Assembly: GCA_003056205.1 (NCBI GenBank)
Contig: LSNS01000006.1
Location: 1-60,201, forward strand
Direction: 5' to 3'
Length of the DNA stretch: 60,201 nucleotides
Source: Parcubacteria group bacterium M6-OD1-4
GTDB lineage: Bacteria; Patescibacteriota; Patescibacteriia; Patescibacteriales; UBA12465
A program made the translations under genes and the position numbers. The stretch's first letter is position 1, and every line of letters begins with the position of its first letter. Below, one piece after another: positions 45,401 to 55,646 of the stretch. Below the pieces are notes generated by a model. That model saw only the letters and a program-made list of their open reading frames with translations, searched no databases and was not told the origin of the DNA.

Positions 45401-45685
45401 GGTTATGGTGCCGCCCATACTCTACAAGAAATGTTAACGATTAAATCTGATGATGTTCCGGGCCGTAGCAAAGCTTATGAAGCCATTATTAAAGGAGAAG
45501 AGATTGAAAAATTGAATGTTCCAGAATCCTTTAATGTTTTAATTAGAGAATTGAAAGGTCTTGGTTTAAATGTTGAACTTCTTAATGAGGGAAGCGATCA
45601 AGCCGCCTCAGAAGTTATTACCGATGTTGATGTTGAGATACAAAAAGAAGAAAAATTAATTAAAAGTGAAGAGCAGTCGGAATAA
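42419..45685 (+). CDS. rpoB: RNA polymerase beta subunit
   Basis: SQLSQFMDQTNPL, GDKMSGRHGNKG, GGQRFGEMEVWALE. Confidence 0.99.
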   Translation: MPKRKSFSKIGKPRSVPNLIEIQTDSYRWFLKEGLEELFDEINPVVDFIGRDLELYFEDYYLDEPKFSELESRQKNITYEAPLRVKMRLLNKKSKRSLNQEVFLGDFPLMTDRGTFIINGNERVVVSQLIRSAGVMFTAEFIKGKKCYGAKIIPNRGAWLEIETDFNKVMWVRIDRKRKVAVTSLLRAFGYETDEELIKLFADVDLVKDSSEKSFLEATIEKDAAQNEAEGLQEIYRRIRPGDLASVDNARQLIHAMFFRFDRYDFGRVGRYKLNRRFNLDLAVNQKENRILRKEDLVLIIKEIIRLNITKEPEDDIDHLGNRRIRAVGGLIQNRFRVGLARMERIIRDRMSTSDVASLTPSKLINARPVIGVVREFFMSSQLSQFMDQTNPLAELEHKRRLSAMGPGGLTRERAGFDVRDVHTTHYGRICPIATPEGPNIGLVGHLASYAYLNSYGFLETPYRQVVHDKKGSRVTDKIVYLDAFEEEKYITVDATIPMNKNGYFIVNKHEVRKYGQPGMSVVDKIDFVGVAPNQIISIATSLIPFMEHNDGQRSLMGTNMQRQAVPLVKSESPIVGTGMEGEAARYSGHLVIAPADGIITKMDARHIEFQDKKGQIIDYQLNKFLRSNASTCINQHPTVEVGQKVKKGDILSDGPAIDDGELSLGRNVLVAFMTWEGFNYEDAIIISQRMVRDDIFSSVHIENYKIDVRDTKLGPELITNDIPNISEEKLKNLDEEGIINVGAEVSSGDILVGKITPKGETTLSAEEKLLRAIFGEKAKDVRDSSLYLEHGEHGKVVDIKIFSRENGDKLSAGVLKSIQIAVANLRKIQVGDKMSGRHGNKGVISRVVPSEDMPFMADGTPVDVLLSPLGIISRMNLGQLLETHMGFAAHKLNYKVVTPALDGITEEQIKGELKAAGLPENGKVTLYNGKTGLPYDHQITVGHKYLLKLNHMVDDKIHQRAIGPYSLITQQPLGGKAQFGGQRFGEMEVWALEGYGAAHTLQEMLTIKSDDVPGRSKAYEAIIKGEEIEKLNVPESFNVLIRELKGLGLNVELLNEGSDQAASEVITDVDVEIQKEEKLIKSEEQSE

Positions 45686-45700
45686 TTTAAAATAATTTTT

Positions 45701-48700
45701 ATGTTAAATCCTATCAAAACTAGCGATTTTTCCGCTATCCGTCTCCGTTTAGCCAGTCCTGAAGAAATTCTGGCTTGGTCACATGGTGAGGTTACTCGAC
45801 CAGAGACTATTAATTATCGGACCCAGAAACCAGAGAAAGATGGTTTATTTTGTGAAAAAATATTTGGTCCAATTAAAGACTGGGAATGTGCTTGTGGTAA
45901 ATATAAAAAAATCCGTTACAAAGGCATTGTTTGTGATAAATGTGGTGTTGAGGTGACACGCAGTATTGTGCGTCGAGAACGTCTGGGGCATATTCGTTTA
46001 CGTGTTCCCGTTTCTCATATTTGGTTTTTACGAGGTTTATCTTCTAAAATTGGTTTACTGTTAGGATTAGGAATTCAATCTTTAGAAAAAGTGATTTATT
46101 ACGCCAGTTTTATTGTGACTGAGGTTGACGAAGATTTAAAACAAGCGACGATTGAACAAGTGAAAACGGAATATAAAGCCAAAATAAAAAGCATTAATAA
46201 TGACTATAATTTACAAATTAAAAAGATTAAAGATAATTCCAATAAAGATCAGCAAAATGCTGGAGAAATTAAGGAATTAAATAAATTAAAAGAAGAACGC
46301 TTAGAACGTTTAGAAGAAGACTTTTCTGGCGTTCAAAAAGGATTAAAAGATTTAAAACCACTCTTGATTTTATCTGAACAACAATATCAAGAGTTAAGCA
46401 AAAAGTTTGGTCATATTTTTGAAGCTTTAATTGGCGCTGAAGCTATTCGTTTATTACTATCTAAAATTGATTTAGACGTCAGTATTCAGCAGTTAGAGGA
46501 AAAATTAAAGACCTCTATTGAATCTAAAAAAGAGAGATTAATAAAACGTTTGAAACTTTTAAAAGGTTTCCGCAATAATAATATTAGACCAGAATGGATG
46601 ATTATGACCGTTATTCCTGTGGTCCCTCCCGATTTACGACCGATGGTGGCTTTAGACGGAGGACGTTTTGCCGCTTCTGATTTGAATGATTTATATCGCC
46701 GAATTATTAATCGTAATAATCGTTTACAACAACTTATTGATCTTAATGCTCCTGAAGTTATCTGTCGAAACGAAAAAAGAATGCTCCAAGAGGCAGTTGA
46801 TGCTTTAATTGATAATAGTGCTCGGCATACTAAAACAGTTACTGCTTCCACGGGACAAAAACGGCAATTGAAATCCTTAGCCGATACTTTAAAAGGAAAA
46901 CAGGGGCGTTTCCGTCAGAATTTATTAGGAAAAAGAGTTGATTATTCTGGTCGGTCAGTAATTGTGGTTAATCCTCATCTAAATTTAGATCAGTGTGGTT
47001 TACCAAAATTAATGGCTTTAGAGTTATTTAAGCCTTTTGTTATTTCACAATTGATTAAACGAGAAATTGTTCATAATGTTCGTAGTGCTTCCCGTTATAT
47101 GGAAGCTGGTCATGATGAAGTTTGGGATATTCTAGAAGAAATTGTGAAGGGTGCCTATGTTTTATTAAATCGGGCTCCAACCCTACATCGTTTAGGGATT
47201 CAGGCTTTTAAACCAATTTTAATTGAAGGTAAAGCGATCCAAATTCACCCCTTAGTTTGTACGGCGTTCAACGCTGATTTTGATGGGGACCAAATGGCAG
47301 TTCATGTTCCTTTAACTAAAGAGGCTCGACATGAAGCTGAGACCTTAATGCTTTCTTCTCATAATTTGTTAAAACCGGCGACCGGCGAACCGATTATTGT
47401 CCCTGGGCAAGATATTGTTTGGGGTACCTATTACCTAACCTTAGTGGAAAAAGAATATGAACAAAAATCAAAAAATGATTTACACCATTTCTATAGTTTT
47501 GATGAAGCCTTTTTAGCTTATGAAAATAATGGCATTGATCTCCATCAGGCAATTATGGTGCGTTATGACGGAGAAATGTTGAAAACCACTATTGGACGTT
47601 TAATTCTTAATTCTTTATTACCAAAAAAACTTCGGTATTTAAATGAGGTGGTTGGCAAAAGTAAACTTCGGGATTTAATTCGGGAATGTTTAAGAATTTA
47701 TGGCGAAGAAGAAACTGTTAAATTTATTGATGGTTTAAAAAATCGTAGTTTCGATTTCATTACTAAATCTGGTTTATCTTGGGGTTTTGGTGATTTACCA
47801 AGTTTACCAGAGAAGGATAAGTTAATTAGTGCTACTAATAAAAAAGTGGAAACTATTCAAGAACAGTATAATGAAGGATTATTAACCGATAGTGAACGTT
47901 ATGCTAAAATTATTGAAGAGTGGACCAATACTAAAGATAAGATTGCGGAAATCTGTAAGCAAGGTCTGTTAAATGTTTTACCAGTTTATTCTATGATTGA
48001 CTCTGGTGCTCGTGGTTCTTGGGCTCAGCCAGTACAAATTTTAGGGATGAAGGGTTTGGTAACGTCTCCTTCTGGAGCAATTTTTGAATTGCCTGTAAAA
48101 GGTAACTTTAAAGAAGGTTTTGGTGTTTTGGAATATTTCATTTCTACCCATGGTGTTCGTAAAGGTTTGTCCGATACTGCTTTAAGAACTGCCAATGCTG
48201 GGTATTTAACTCGTCGTCTTGTTGATGTTTCTCAGGATGTAATTATTTCTAAAGATGATTGTGGCGATACCGTCGGCTTAGATTTAAACCGAACTGAAGT
48301 GGAAGATAATGGCGAAGATTTCTTAAAACGAATTGGTGGTCGCTATTTAGCTAAAGATTTAAAAGACAAGAAATCAAAAATCATTCTAAAAGCCGGAGCG
48401 CTCTTAGATGAAGAAAATATTAAATTAGTAGAGAGTAAAAATGTTGAAGATATTTGCGTCCGCTCTGTTTTAAGCTGTCATCTTCATAAAGGAATTTGTG
48501 CCAAATGTTATGGTTGGGATTTAGCCTATAATCGAGAAGTTAAAATGGGAGCAACTGTTGGTGTCATTGCTGCTCAATCTATTGGTGAACCAGGAACGCA
48601 GTTAACGATGAGAACCTTCCACTCTGGTGGAGTTGCTGGTTCGGATGATATTACTCAAGGTTTACCACGAGTTGAAGAAATTTTTGAAGCCCGTTCTCCT

Positions 48701-49633
48701 AAAAAGAAAGCTTTAATTTCTGACGTGACCGGACGAATTAAAATTGAATTTGCTCAAAAGATTATTAAAGATAAAGATGGCAAAGAAATTTCTGTTGACA
48801 ATCCTCAAGCTAAAATTCTTAGCATCCATTATCAAGGAGAAGATGATAATAAATATTATTTTTCTGAGAAAATTAATGAACTAAAATTAGCTAGTGGTCT
48901 CACTGCCAAAGATACTAAAAAATTAGTTGTTAAGGTCTTAGTAAAAGATGGTCAACAAGTTGTGAAAAATGCTGAACTATTTAAAGTTGGTAGCGAAATA
49001 GTGCAAACTAAAATTGCTGGACGAATATCTTTAAACGATAAGTATGTTAATGTTATTGCTGAAGTAGAAAAGATTAAGGAGTTTTCTATTTTGAAAGGAA
49101 CAATGTTAATGGTGGAGGACGGTGAACAAATTGAACGGGGCCGACAATTAACTGAAGGTAGTCTGGATTTACGAGAACTTTATAAATTACAAGGACGTTT
49201 AGCGACCCAAAAATATATTATTAAAGAAATTCAGTATGTTTATGGTTCCCAGGGGCAGCCTTTAAATGATAAGCATGTCGAAATTATTGCTCGTCAGATG
49301 TTTTCTCGTTATTTAGTTACGACTTCTGGAGATACTAATTTATTACCAGGAGAAACTATTGAAGAAGAGGTTTTGGGACAGGCCAATAAAGGTTTAAAAA
49401 ATCCGGCTCAAGCCGATCGGCTATTATTGGGAATTACTAAAGCTTCATTAACTACTGATAGTTTCCTATCATCGGCTTCTTTCCAAGAAACCTCACGAGT
49501 TCTAATTGAGGCGGCGGTTAATGGTAAAATCGATTATTTAGAGGGTCTGAAAGAGAATGTTATTATTGGTTGTTTAATTCCCGCTGGAACTGGTTATCAA
49601 GGGCATAAGAAACGCTTTGACTATAAACAATAG
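45701..49633 (+). CDS. rpoC: RNA polymerase beta' subunit
   Basis: NADFDGDQMAVH, Zn ribbon, GEPGTQLTMRTFH. Confidence 0.99.
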   Translation: MLNPIKTSDFSAIRLRLASPEEILAWSHGEVTRPETINYRTQKPEKDGLFCEKIFGPIKDWECACGKYKKIRYKGIVCDKCGVEVTRSIVRRERLGHIRLRVPVSHIWFLRGLSSKIGLLLGLGIQSLEKVIYYASFIVTEVDEDLKQATIEQVKTEYKAKIKSINNDYNLQIKKIKDNSNKDQQNAGEIKELNKLKEERLERLEEDFSGVQKGLKDLKPLLILSEQQYQELSKKFGHIFEALIGAEAIRLLLSKIDLDVSIQQLEEKLKTSIESKKERLIKRLKLLKGFRNNNIRPEWMIMTVIPVVPPDLRPMVALDGGRFAASDLNDLYRRIINRNNRLQQLIDLNAPEVICRNEKRMLQEAVDALIDNSARHTKTVTASTGQKRQLKSLADTLKGKQGRFRQNLLGKRVDYSGRSVIVVNPHLNLDQCGLPKLMALELFKPFVISQLIKREIVHNVRSASRYMEAGHDEVWDILEEIVKGAYVLLNRAPTLHRLGIQAFKPILIEGKAIQIHPLVCTAFNADFDGDQMAVHVPLTKEARHEAETLMLSSHNLLKPATGEPIIVPGQDIVWGTYYLTLVEKEYEQKSKNDLHHFYSFDEAFLAYENNGIDLHQAIMVRYDGEMLKTTIGRLILNSLLPKKLRYLNEVVGKSKLRDLIRECLRIYGEEETVKFIDGLKNRSFDFITKSGLSWGFGDLPSLPEKDKLISATNKKVETIQEQYNEGLLTDSERYAKIIEEWTNTKDKIAEICKQGLLNVLPVYSMIDSGARGSWAQPVQILGMKGLVTSPSGAIFELPVKGNFKEGFGVLEYFISTHGVRKGLSDTALRTANAGYLTRRLVDVSQDVIISKDDCGDTVGLDLNRTEVEDNGEDFLKRIGGRYLAKDLKDKKSKIILKAGALLDEENIKLVESKNVEDICVRSVLSCHLHKGICAKCYGWDLAYNREVKMGATVGVIAAQSIGEPGTQLTMRTFHSGGVAGSDDITQGLPRVEEIFEARSPKKKALISDVTGRIKIEFAQKIIKDKDGKEISVDNPQAKILSIHYQGEDDNKYYFSEKINELKLASGLTAKDTKKLVVKVLVKDGQQVVKNAELFKVGSEIVQTKIAGRISLNDKYVNVIAEVEKIKEFSILKGTMLMVEDGEQIERGRQLTEGSLDLRELYKLQGRLATQKYIIKEIQYVYGSQGQPLNDKHVEIIARQMFSRYLVTTSGDTNLLPGETIEEEVLGQANKGLKNPAQADRLLLGITKASLTTDSFLSSASFQETSRVLIEAAVNGKIDYLEGLKENVIIGCLIPAGTGYQGHKKRFDYKQ

Positions 49634-49645
49634 ATATTAAATTTT

Positions 49646-49680
49646 AAAAAGAGGGGGGCTTAATAGACCCCTCTTTTTTT
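49646..49680 (+). terminator. Intrinsic terminator after rpoC
   Basis: aaaaagagggg ... cccctcttttttt. Confidence 0.8.
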
Positions 49681-49714
49681 ATTGTTGAAAATATCGTAAA
49701 ATAGAAGTAATTAT

Positions 49715-51220
49715 ATGTTAAAATCGTCTTTTATTTTACAGTTAAGCAAATATTGGTCTCAGAGTTCGTGGTTATTTAAATTACGTTTGTTTTTGGGTTT
49801 AATCATTGGAGTTTTGGTATTGATTTTATTTTATTTTAAGATTGTTCCTAGTGGTCAAATTACCTATCAACGCACTTGGCCTCGAAGCCACTATTCGGGG
49901 CAAGGGTTTATTAGTAGTTTTAAACCAGACAATCGTTTGGATTTAAGTCAAAAATCCGAGCCCAAGATAATTGCGAACCCTGTTTATTTTTCAGTTTTTA
50001 CTCCACGTCGTTTTAATACCGCTCTGGTCACTGTTACTTATCAAAATCATTTGAGTTCCAGCACCCCAATTATTGAATTAGGGGTTCTGAAGGGACAGCT
50101 AGCTAGTTCTTATGATTTACAGCCTCTGCAGAATAATATTTTGGATTATTGGCGGAGCAAATGGTCGTCCTTAAAAACTGCTCCGCCGCTTCTCATTCTT
50201 CAAGCCACTCCGAGCTATTCGTCGGCAAAAAAATTCCTTAGTGATTTACGATTAGGGAATTTAAAAAATTGTTCAAAGGGTTTATTATCTTGTTTGGCGG
50301 TTTATAATTATACAGTTCAAAACAATTATTCTTTAAAGCTTCCCACTAGTCGACAAGTGCTATCAATTACCCAACCCTTACGTGGCGCTCATCAATTTTA
50401 TTTATATCTTGATCGACCAGACTGGTATCTTGATTTTGAATTTACTTATTTACGTCAAGATTCTAAACCAGATCCGATTACAGTTAATATTTGGTTTAAA
50501 AATAAGTTGGTGATGACTAAAACTATTCCAGATCATGGTTCAGTAGAAAAAGATCCGCGTCATTTACAAGTTACCGATTTAAATTTTAGTGGTCGTCACC
50601 AGCCGACCGGGGTTTATAAGGTAGAGGTTAAAATTAATCGTGATGTGGTTATTAAAAGAATAAAAAGTTCTACTGATAAATTAGTAGTTATTCATCAAAT
50701 TTGGCCAGTCTCCAGTTCTCACCCTTTAACTCTCTTTACTGATGCTCAACACTTACGAGTGCAAACCTCTAATCCGCGTAGTTTGGGAAAGATAGTTTTT
50801 GGTAAGCAAAAGTTTAATTTACAACAGACTTATCAACCTGTTGATTATTTTACTTCCCAAAAAAACCCTATCATTCAACTCTCTAAAGATGATATAATCT
50901 TAACAGATGCTGGTGTTTTTTCTTTTAGTGCTGCTAGTTTATTTAATCCCGAATTTACTAAGATTAATCGCTATTTCCAAGACCGCCCTAATATTAAATA
51001 TTTAATTGCTAATTATCAGTCGCCAATTCAGCGGGGACAATTAAAAATTGCTCAGGCTAAATTTAATCTATTGGGGGCCAATCGTTCTCAGGGGCGTTAT
51101 ACTTTTGTTATTTCCATCCCCGGGCTAGAGCAACATCTTGGAACTGACAATTATCTCCAGATTAAGAAAATAACTATTAGTTTAAGTGGCAAAACTCTAT
51201 GGCAAAAAATTTGGCCTTAA
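49715..51220 (+). CDS. Hypothetical membrane-anchored extracellular protein
   Basis: 501-aa ORF with a single N-terminal TM helix. Confidence 0.7.
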   Translation: MLKSSFILQLSKYWSQSSWLFKLRLFLGLIIGVLVLILFYFKIVPSGQITYQRTWPRSHYSGQGFISSFKPDNRLDLSQKSEPKIIANPVYFSVFTPRRFNTALVTVTYQNHLSSSTPIIELGVLKGQLASSYDLQPLQNNILDYWRSKWSSLKTAPPLLILQATPSYSSAKKFLSDLRLGNLKNCSKGLLSCLAVYNYTVQNNYSLKLPTSRQVLSITQPLRGAHQFYLYLDRPDWYLDFEFTYLRQDSKPDPITVNIWFKNKLVMTKTIPDHGSVEKDPRHLQVTDLNFSGRHQPTGVYKVEVKINRDVVIKRIKSSTDKLVVIHQIWPVSSSHPLTLFTDAQHLRVQTSNPRSLGKIVFGKQKFNLQQTYQPVDYFTSQKNPIIQLSKDDIILTDAGVFSFSAASLFNPEFTKINRYFQDRPNIKYLIANYQSPIQRGQLKIAQAKFNLLGANRSQGRYTFVISIPGLEQHLGTDNYLQIKKITISLSGKTLWQKIWP

Positions 51221-51381
51221 TTTGGAAAGAAGTTTTTTATTTTTTCAGTTGGGCACTTATCATTGCGCTCCTGTTAGAACTTTTTTGGCCAAAAATCATT
51301 TTGGTTTATTTTAATCTAAATTATTTAGTAATTTTATGGTTAGTTAGTGCCTTAATTATTTTATTTAAAAAACAACATTAA
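51199..51381 (+). CDS. Small two-TM membrane protein
   Basis: 60-aa hydrophobic ORF filling the operon gap. Confidence 0.6.
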   Translation: MAKNLALIWKEVFYFFSWALIIALLLELFWPKIILVYFNLNYLVILWLVSALIILFKKQH

Positions 51382-51385
51382 TTAT

Positions 51386-53371
51386 ATGTCTCTAAAATAT
51401 TTTTTTAATCCGCAAGCCGTAGCGGTTATTGGGGCTTCTACTAAGCCTAAGAAGCTTGGCCGGCAAATTTTGGATAATATTATTAAAAATAATTTCCGTG
51501 GTCAGATTTTTCCAATTAACCTCAAAGCTTCACGAGTAGCTGGTTTAACGGCTTATCAGGATTTGGCCCAATTACCCTTAAAAAAATGGTCTGCTCTATT
51601 AGTAGTGATTGCGATTCCTGCAAAATTTGTGTTAGCAGAACTACAAAAATGTGTTAGTTTAGGAATCAAAAATATTATTATTATTACAGCGGGATTTAAA
51701 GAAGATGGCGGAATAGGGAAAAAGATGGAAGAAGAGATTGTTAAGTTAGCAAAACAGCACCAGTTAAATATTCTCGGACCAAATTGTTTAGGATTGATTA
51801 ATACTTGGCAGGGCTTAAATGCTACTTTTGCTCGGGCCGACACCGAGACTGGTAATAGTGCTTTACTCTCACAATCGGGAGCAATTGGGGCGGCGGCCTT
51901 AGACTGGCTGAAGATTAAAGATTTTAATTTCGGATATTTTATTAGTTTAGGTAACCAAGCGGTTATCAATGAGAATCAAGTTTTAGCTTACCTCGGGAAA
52001 GACCCCCGAATTGATTTAATTGCTGCTTATTTAGAAGAGATTAAAGACGGACAAAAATTTATGGAGATAGTCTCCCGTCTGGCTCGACACAAGCCTGTTG
52101 CTATTTTGAAATCTGGCTTAAGTTCAGCTGGTAGTAAATTAGCGCAATCTCATACTGGATCTTTAGCGGGTTCGGCGGCCGCTGTCCGAGTTGGCGCAGA
52201 ACGAGCCGGAGCGATTTGGTTAGAAAATTTAGAAGAATTATTTAATTTATTGCTTTTATTTCGTAAAGAGTCTTGGCATAATACTGGTCGACAAGAATTA
52301 TATATTATTACTAATGCTGGTGGAGTAGCGGTTTTGACCGCTGATGCTATTAGCCGTCAGAATTTACCATTTGGATCTAGTCAAGACTTGTTAGGTGATG
52401 CCGATGCTCAACGTTATCAATTAGCGCTAGAGAAAGCCTTAAAAAAGAAAAAAGTTAATAATCTTTTAGTCCTTTTAACCCCGCAGACTTCCACTGAGCC
52501 TTTAAAAACTGCCCAAACAATTATTACTCTGGCTCAAAAATATCCCCATAAATTAATTATGGCTAGTTTTGTTGGTGGTCAAGAATTAAAATCTGCCCGA
52601 GCTTTATTTGCTAAACACAATATTCCTAGTTTTGATTATCCCGGAGAAGCGATTCGGAGTTTTAAAAAATTAATTGATTATAAAACTGTTTTAAAAGAAG
52701 TTCAACCTTACCATCGGCCCCTGATGGAGATTGGTAATAAAATTACTAGTGGTGACTATCTTGATTCTTTTAAACTTCTTAAACAATATCAGATTCCGAT
52801 CTTGAAAATCCAACGTTTTTCCAGCTCTGCTTTAAAAAAATATCATTATCCTGTTGTCTTAAAAATTACTGGTCCTGATTTTTCGCACAAGACTGATTCG
52901 GGAGGAGTAGTAGTTAATTTACAGACTGCCAAAGAATTGCGTTTGGCAGTTCAACGTTTTGAGAAAAAATATCGATCCTATCTCAAACCTTCACGAAATT
53001 ATCTTGTGGTTCAAGAACAAGCTGCTAAATTTCAAGAAATTATTTTAGGTTTTAAACGCGATCAAGCTTTTGGTCCGTTAATGATGGTTGGCCAAGGAGG
53101 GATTTATACTGAAGTTTTTAAAGATTTTCAATTAGCCATTAGTGATTTAGATCAAGCTCGAGCTCTAAAATTAATTCGTTCTCTTAAAATTTATCCAATT
53201 TTAAATGGGGCTCGTGGACAAAAAAAGTATGATATTTCTGCTCTCGCCAAAGCTCTGGTTAATCTTGCCCGATTAGCCAATGACCATCCTGAGATTTTGG
53301 AATTAGATATCAATCCCTTATTTGTTTTTGAGCATGGTGTGCGGGCTGGCGATGTTCGGGTTATCTTATAA
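51386..53371 (+). CDS. Acetate-CoA ligase (ADP-forming), fused alpha/beta
   Basis: AVIGAS, GPNCLG, SQSGA, SHTGSLAG, HKTDSGGV, ELDINPL. Confidence 0.9.
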   Translation: MSLKYFFNPQAVAVIGASTKPKKLGRQILDNIIKNNFRGQIFPINLKASRVAGLTAYQDLAQLPLKKWSALLVVIAIPAKFVLAELQKCVSLGIKNIIIITAGFKEDGGIGKKMEEEIVKLAKQHQLNILGPNCLGLINTWQGLNATFARADTETGNSALLSQSGAIGAAALDWLKIKDFNFGYFISLGNQAVINENQVLAYLGKDPRIDLIAAYLEEIKDGQKFMEIVSRLARHKPVAILKSGLSSAGSKLAQSHTGSLAGSAAAVRVGAERAGAIWLENLEELFNLLLLFRKESWHNTGRQELYIITNAGGVAVLTADAISRQNLPFGSSQDLLGDADAQRYQLALEKALKKKKVNNLLVLLTPQTSTEPLKTAQTIITLAQKYPHKLIMASFVGGQELKSARALFAKHNIPSFDYPGEAIRSFKKLIDYKTVLKEVQPYHRPLMEIGNKITSGDYLDSFKLLKQYQIPILKIQRFSSSALKKYHYPVVLKITGPDFSHKTDSGGVVVNLQTAKELRLAVQRFEKKYRSYLKPSRNYLVVQEQAAKFQEIILGFKRDQAFGPLMMVGQGGIYTEVFKDFQLAISDLDQARALKLIRSLKIYPILNGARGQKKYDISALAKALVNLARLANDHPEILELDINPLFVFEHGVRAGDVRVIL

Positions 53372-53374
53372 CTT

Positions 53375-54100
53375 ATGTATCAGTCACAAAAAATTATTGT
53401 AGTTTTACCAGCCTATAATGCTGTTCGGACCTTAAAAAAAACGGTCCAAGATTTACCAGCGATGGTTGATGAAATCATTCTTGTCGATGATGCTAGTAAT
53501 GACCAAACCGTTGAGCTTGCTCAACAACTTGGATTGTTTATTGCTGTTCATCAACAGAATGCGGGCTATGGTGCTAATCAAAAAACTTGTTATACTTTAG
53601 CTTTAGAACATGGTGCGGATATTATTGTCATGATTCATCCCGATTATCAATATGATCCTAAATTAGTAAAATATTTATCAGAATTTATTATTGATGATTA
53701 TTTTGATGTCATGTTGGGGAGTAGAATCCGTAGTCGTCGGGAAGCTTTAGCGGGAGGCATGCCTCTTTACAAATATTTAGCCAATCGTTTTTTAACTATT
53801 TTTGAAAATTTAATTAGTGGGCAAAATTTATCAGAGTGGCATACTGGCTTACGAGCTTATCGTCGTCAAGTTTTAGAAACGATTAATTGGTCACAAAATT
53901 CTGATGATTTTGTTTTTGACAGCCAAGTGTTATTTCAAATTATTGCCCAGGGTTATCGCCTAGGCGAAATACCTGTCCCAGTTCGTTATTTTCCCGAAGC
54001 ATCTTCAATAAATTTTAGGCGGAGTTTAAAATATGGCTTGGAAACTCTGGGAGTGGCTTGCCAATATTTAGTAAGTTCTAAGAAGAATTTAAAGTTTTAG
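53375..54100 (+). CDS. GT2 glycosyltransferase (polyprenol-phosphate glycosyltransferase-like)
   Basis: [23 protein letters not shown]. Confidence 0.88.
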   Translation: MYQSQKIIVVLPAYNAVRTLKKTVQDLPAMVDEIILVDDASNDQTVELAQQLGLFIAVHQQNAGYGANQKTCYTLALEHGADIIVMIHPDYQYDPKLVKYLSEFIIDDYFDVMLGSRIRSRREALAGGMPLYKYLANRFLTIFENLISGQNLSEWHTGLRAYRRQVLETINWSQNSDDFVFDSQVLFQIIAQGYRLGEIPVPVRYFPEASSINFRRSLKYGLETLGVACQYLVSSKKNLKF

Positions 54101-54145
54101 AAAATTCATTGTATTAAAAATTATTTTTAAAGATAAAAGTTAAAC

Positions 54146-55639
54146 ATGTTTAATAATTTATCACTTGAGAAAAAAAATTGGTCGCACTTAAAAAGTTGGC
54201 GACCCTATTTTATTATTTTAGTTATTGGTTTTTTATTATATAGTCCGAGTTTAGGATTTTATTTTACTTATCTTGATGATAATGTTTTAATTTTGCAGCA
54301 TCTTCATATTTTAGAACATTTTCAGAATATTATTCATCTTTTTTCCACCGACGTCTTTCTGTCCGTTGTCGGTAGTCGTTTTTATTATCGTCCTTTATTA
54401 AATTTATCTTTTATGTTCGGAGCCCATTGGGGCGGGGCTCAAGCTTATTTTTATCATCTTAATAATATTTTATTACATCTTATTGCCTCTGGCTTAGTTT
54501 TTTATTTATTATCTTTTTTAACTAGAAAAAGAACTTTAGCCTTCTTTTTATCTTTGATTTTTCTAGTTCATCCAGTTTTGCTTCAAGCAGTGGTTTGGAT
54601 TCCAGGACGGAATAATTCTTTATTAGCTATTTTTGTTTTTTTGGCTTTTTTGTTTTTCTTAAAGTTTTTGAAGCAAGCCAAACTTTTTCACTATTTGTTT
54701 TATCTTTTCTTCTTCTTTTTAGCTTTGTTAACTAAAGAAAGTGCAATTGTTTTACCTTTGTTAATAATTTTTTATTTTGCATTTATTGATACTGGACAAT
54801 CTTCCAGAACGGACCGTTGGCTGTTGGTTTTTGGCTCTGTGGCGGTTGATTTTATTTGGTTTTTAATGCGGTCTTTAGCCCTGGGGAGCGAAACAATTAA
54901 TTATTCCACAACTTTTTGGGATACTATTCATAGTTGGTCGGCAATTTTCATTTATTTAGGAAAATTATTATTTCCAATTCATCTTTCAGTCCTACCAATT
55001 ATTCCCGACTCCACTTTGGTGTTTGGTGTTATTACTTTAATTCTCTTGGCGGTGGCCTGGATATTTTCTAAACAAAAACGAAATAATTATTTAATTTTTG
55101 CCTCTCTCTGGTTTCTTCTTTTTTTACTACCATCGTTTATCAATTTTGATGGTCGTCCTTATTTTTTAGAACATCGTCTTTATTTACCATTTTTTGGTTT
55201 TTTACTTTTTTTAGCAGAACTAGACTGGATCAAGAAATTAAATTTCCAGAAGCGACAAGTGCAAATCGCTGGACTATTAATTCTACTTATTTTGGCTGGA
55301 ATTACTATTAAACACAGCCAGAACTTCAAAAATCGTTTAACTTTTTGGGAGTCAGCTGTGGAAACTTCACCGCACTCTTCTTTGGCCCAAAAGAATTTAG
55401 GAGCGATGTATTATTTTAGTGGTGAGTATTCTCGAGCAATTAAACACGATCAATTGGCTTTAGATTTAAATAGCCAAGAAGCAATGGTCCATAATAATCT
55501 GGGAGTAATTTATATGAATCAACAGAAATATTCTTTAGCTAAAAAAGAGTTTAGAATTGAGTTAAAAATTAATCCCCATTATCGTCCGGCCTTGAATAAT
55601 CTTCAGATTTTGTCTCAGCGCCAAAAGTTGTTAAAATAA
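54146..55639 (+). CDS. TMTC-like GT-C membrane glycosyltransferase with C-terminal TPRs
   Basis: YLDD, YYRPL, HPVLLQAVVWIPGR, TKE, EHRLYLP; TPR motif HNNLGVIY. Confidence 0.8.
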   Translation: MFNNLSLEKKNWSHLKSWRPYFIILVIGFLLYSPSLGFYFTYLDDNVLILQHLHILEHFQNIIHLFSTDVFLSVVGSRFYYRPLLNLSFMFGAHWGGAQAYFYHLNNILLHLIASGLVFYLLSFLTRKRTLAFFLSLIFLVHPVLLQAVVWIPGRNNSLLAIFVFLAFLFFLKFLKQAKLFHYLFYLFFFFLALLTKESAIVLPLLIIFYFAFIDTGQSSRTDRWLLVFGSVAVDFIWFLMRSLALGSETINYSTTFWDTIHSWSAIFIYLGKLLFPIHLSVLPIIPDSTLVFGVITLILLAVAWIFSKQKRNNYLIFASLWFLLFLLPSFINFDGRPYFLEHRLYLPFFGFLLFLAELDWIKKLNFQKRQVQIAGLLILLILAGITIKHSQNFKNRLTFWESAVETSPHSSLAQKNLGAMYYFSGEYSRAIKHDQLALDLNSQEAMVHNNLGVIYMNQQKYSLAKKEFRIELKINPHYRPALNNLQILSQRQKLLK

Positions 55640-55646
55640 ATAAGTT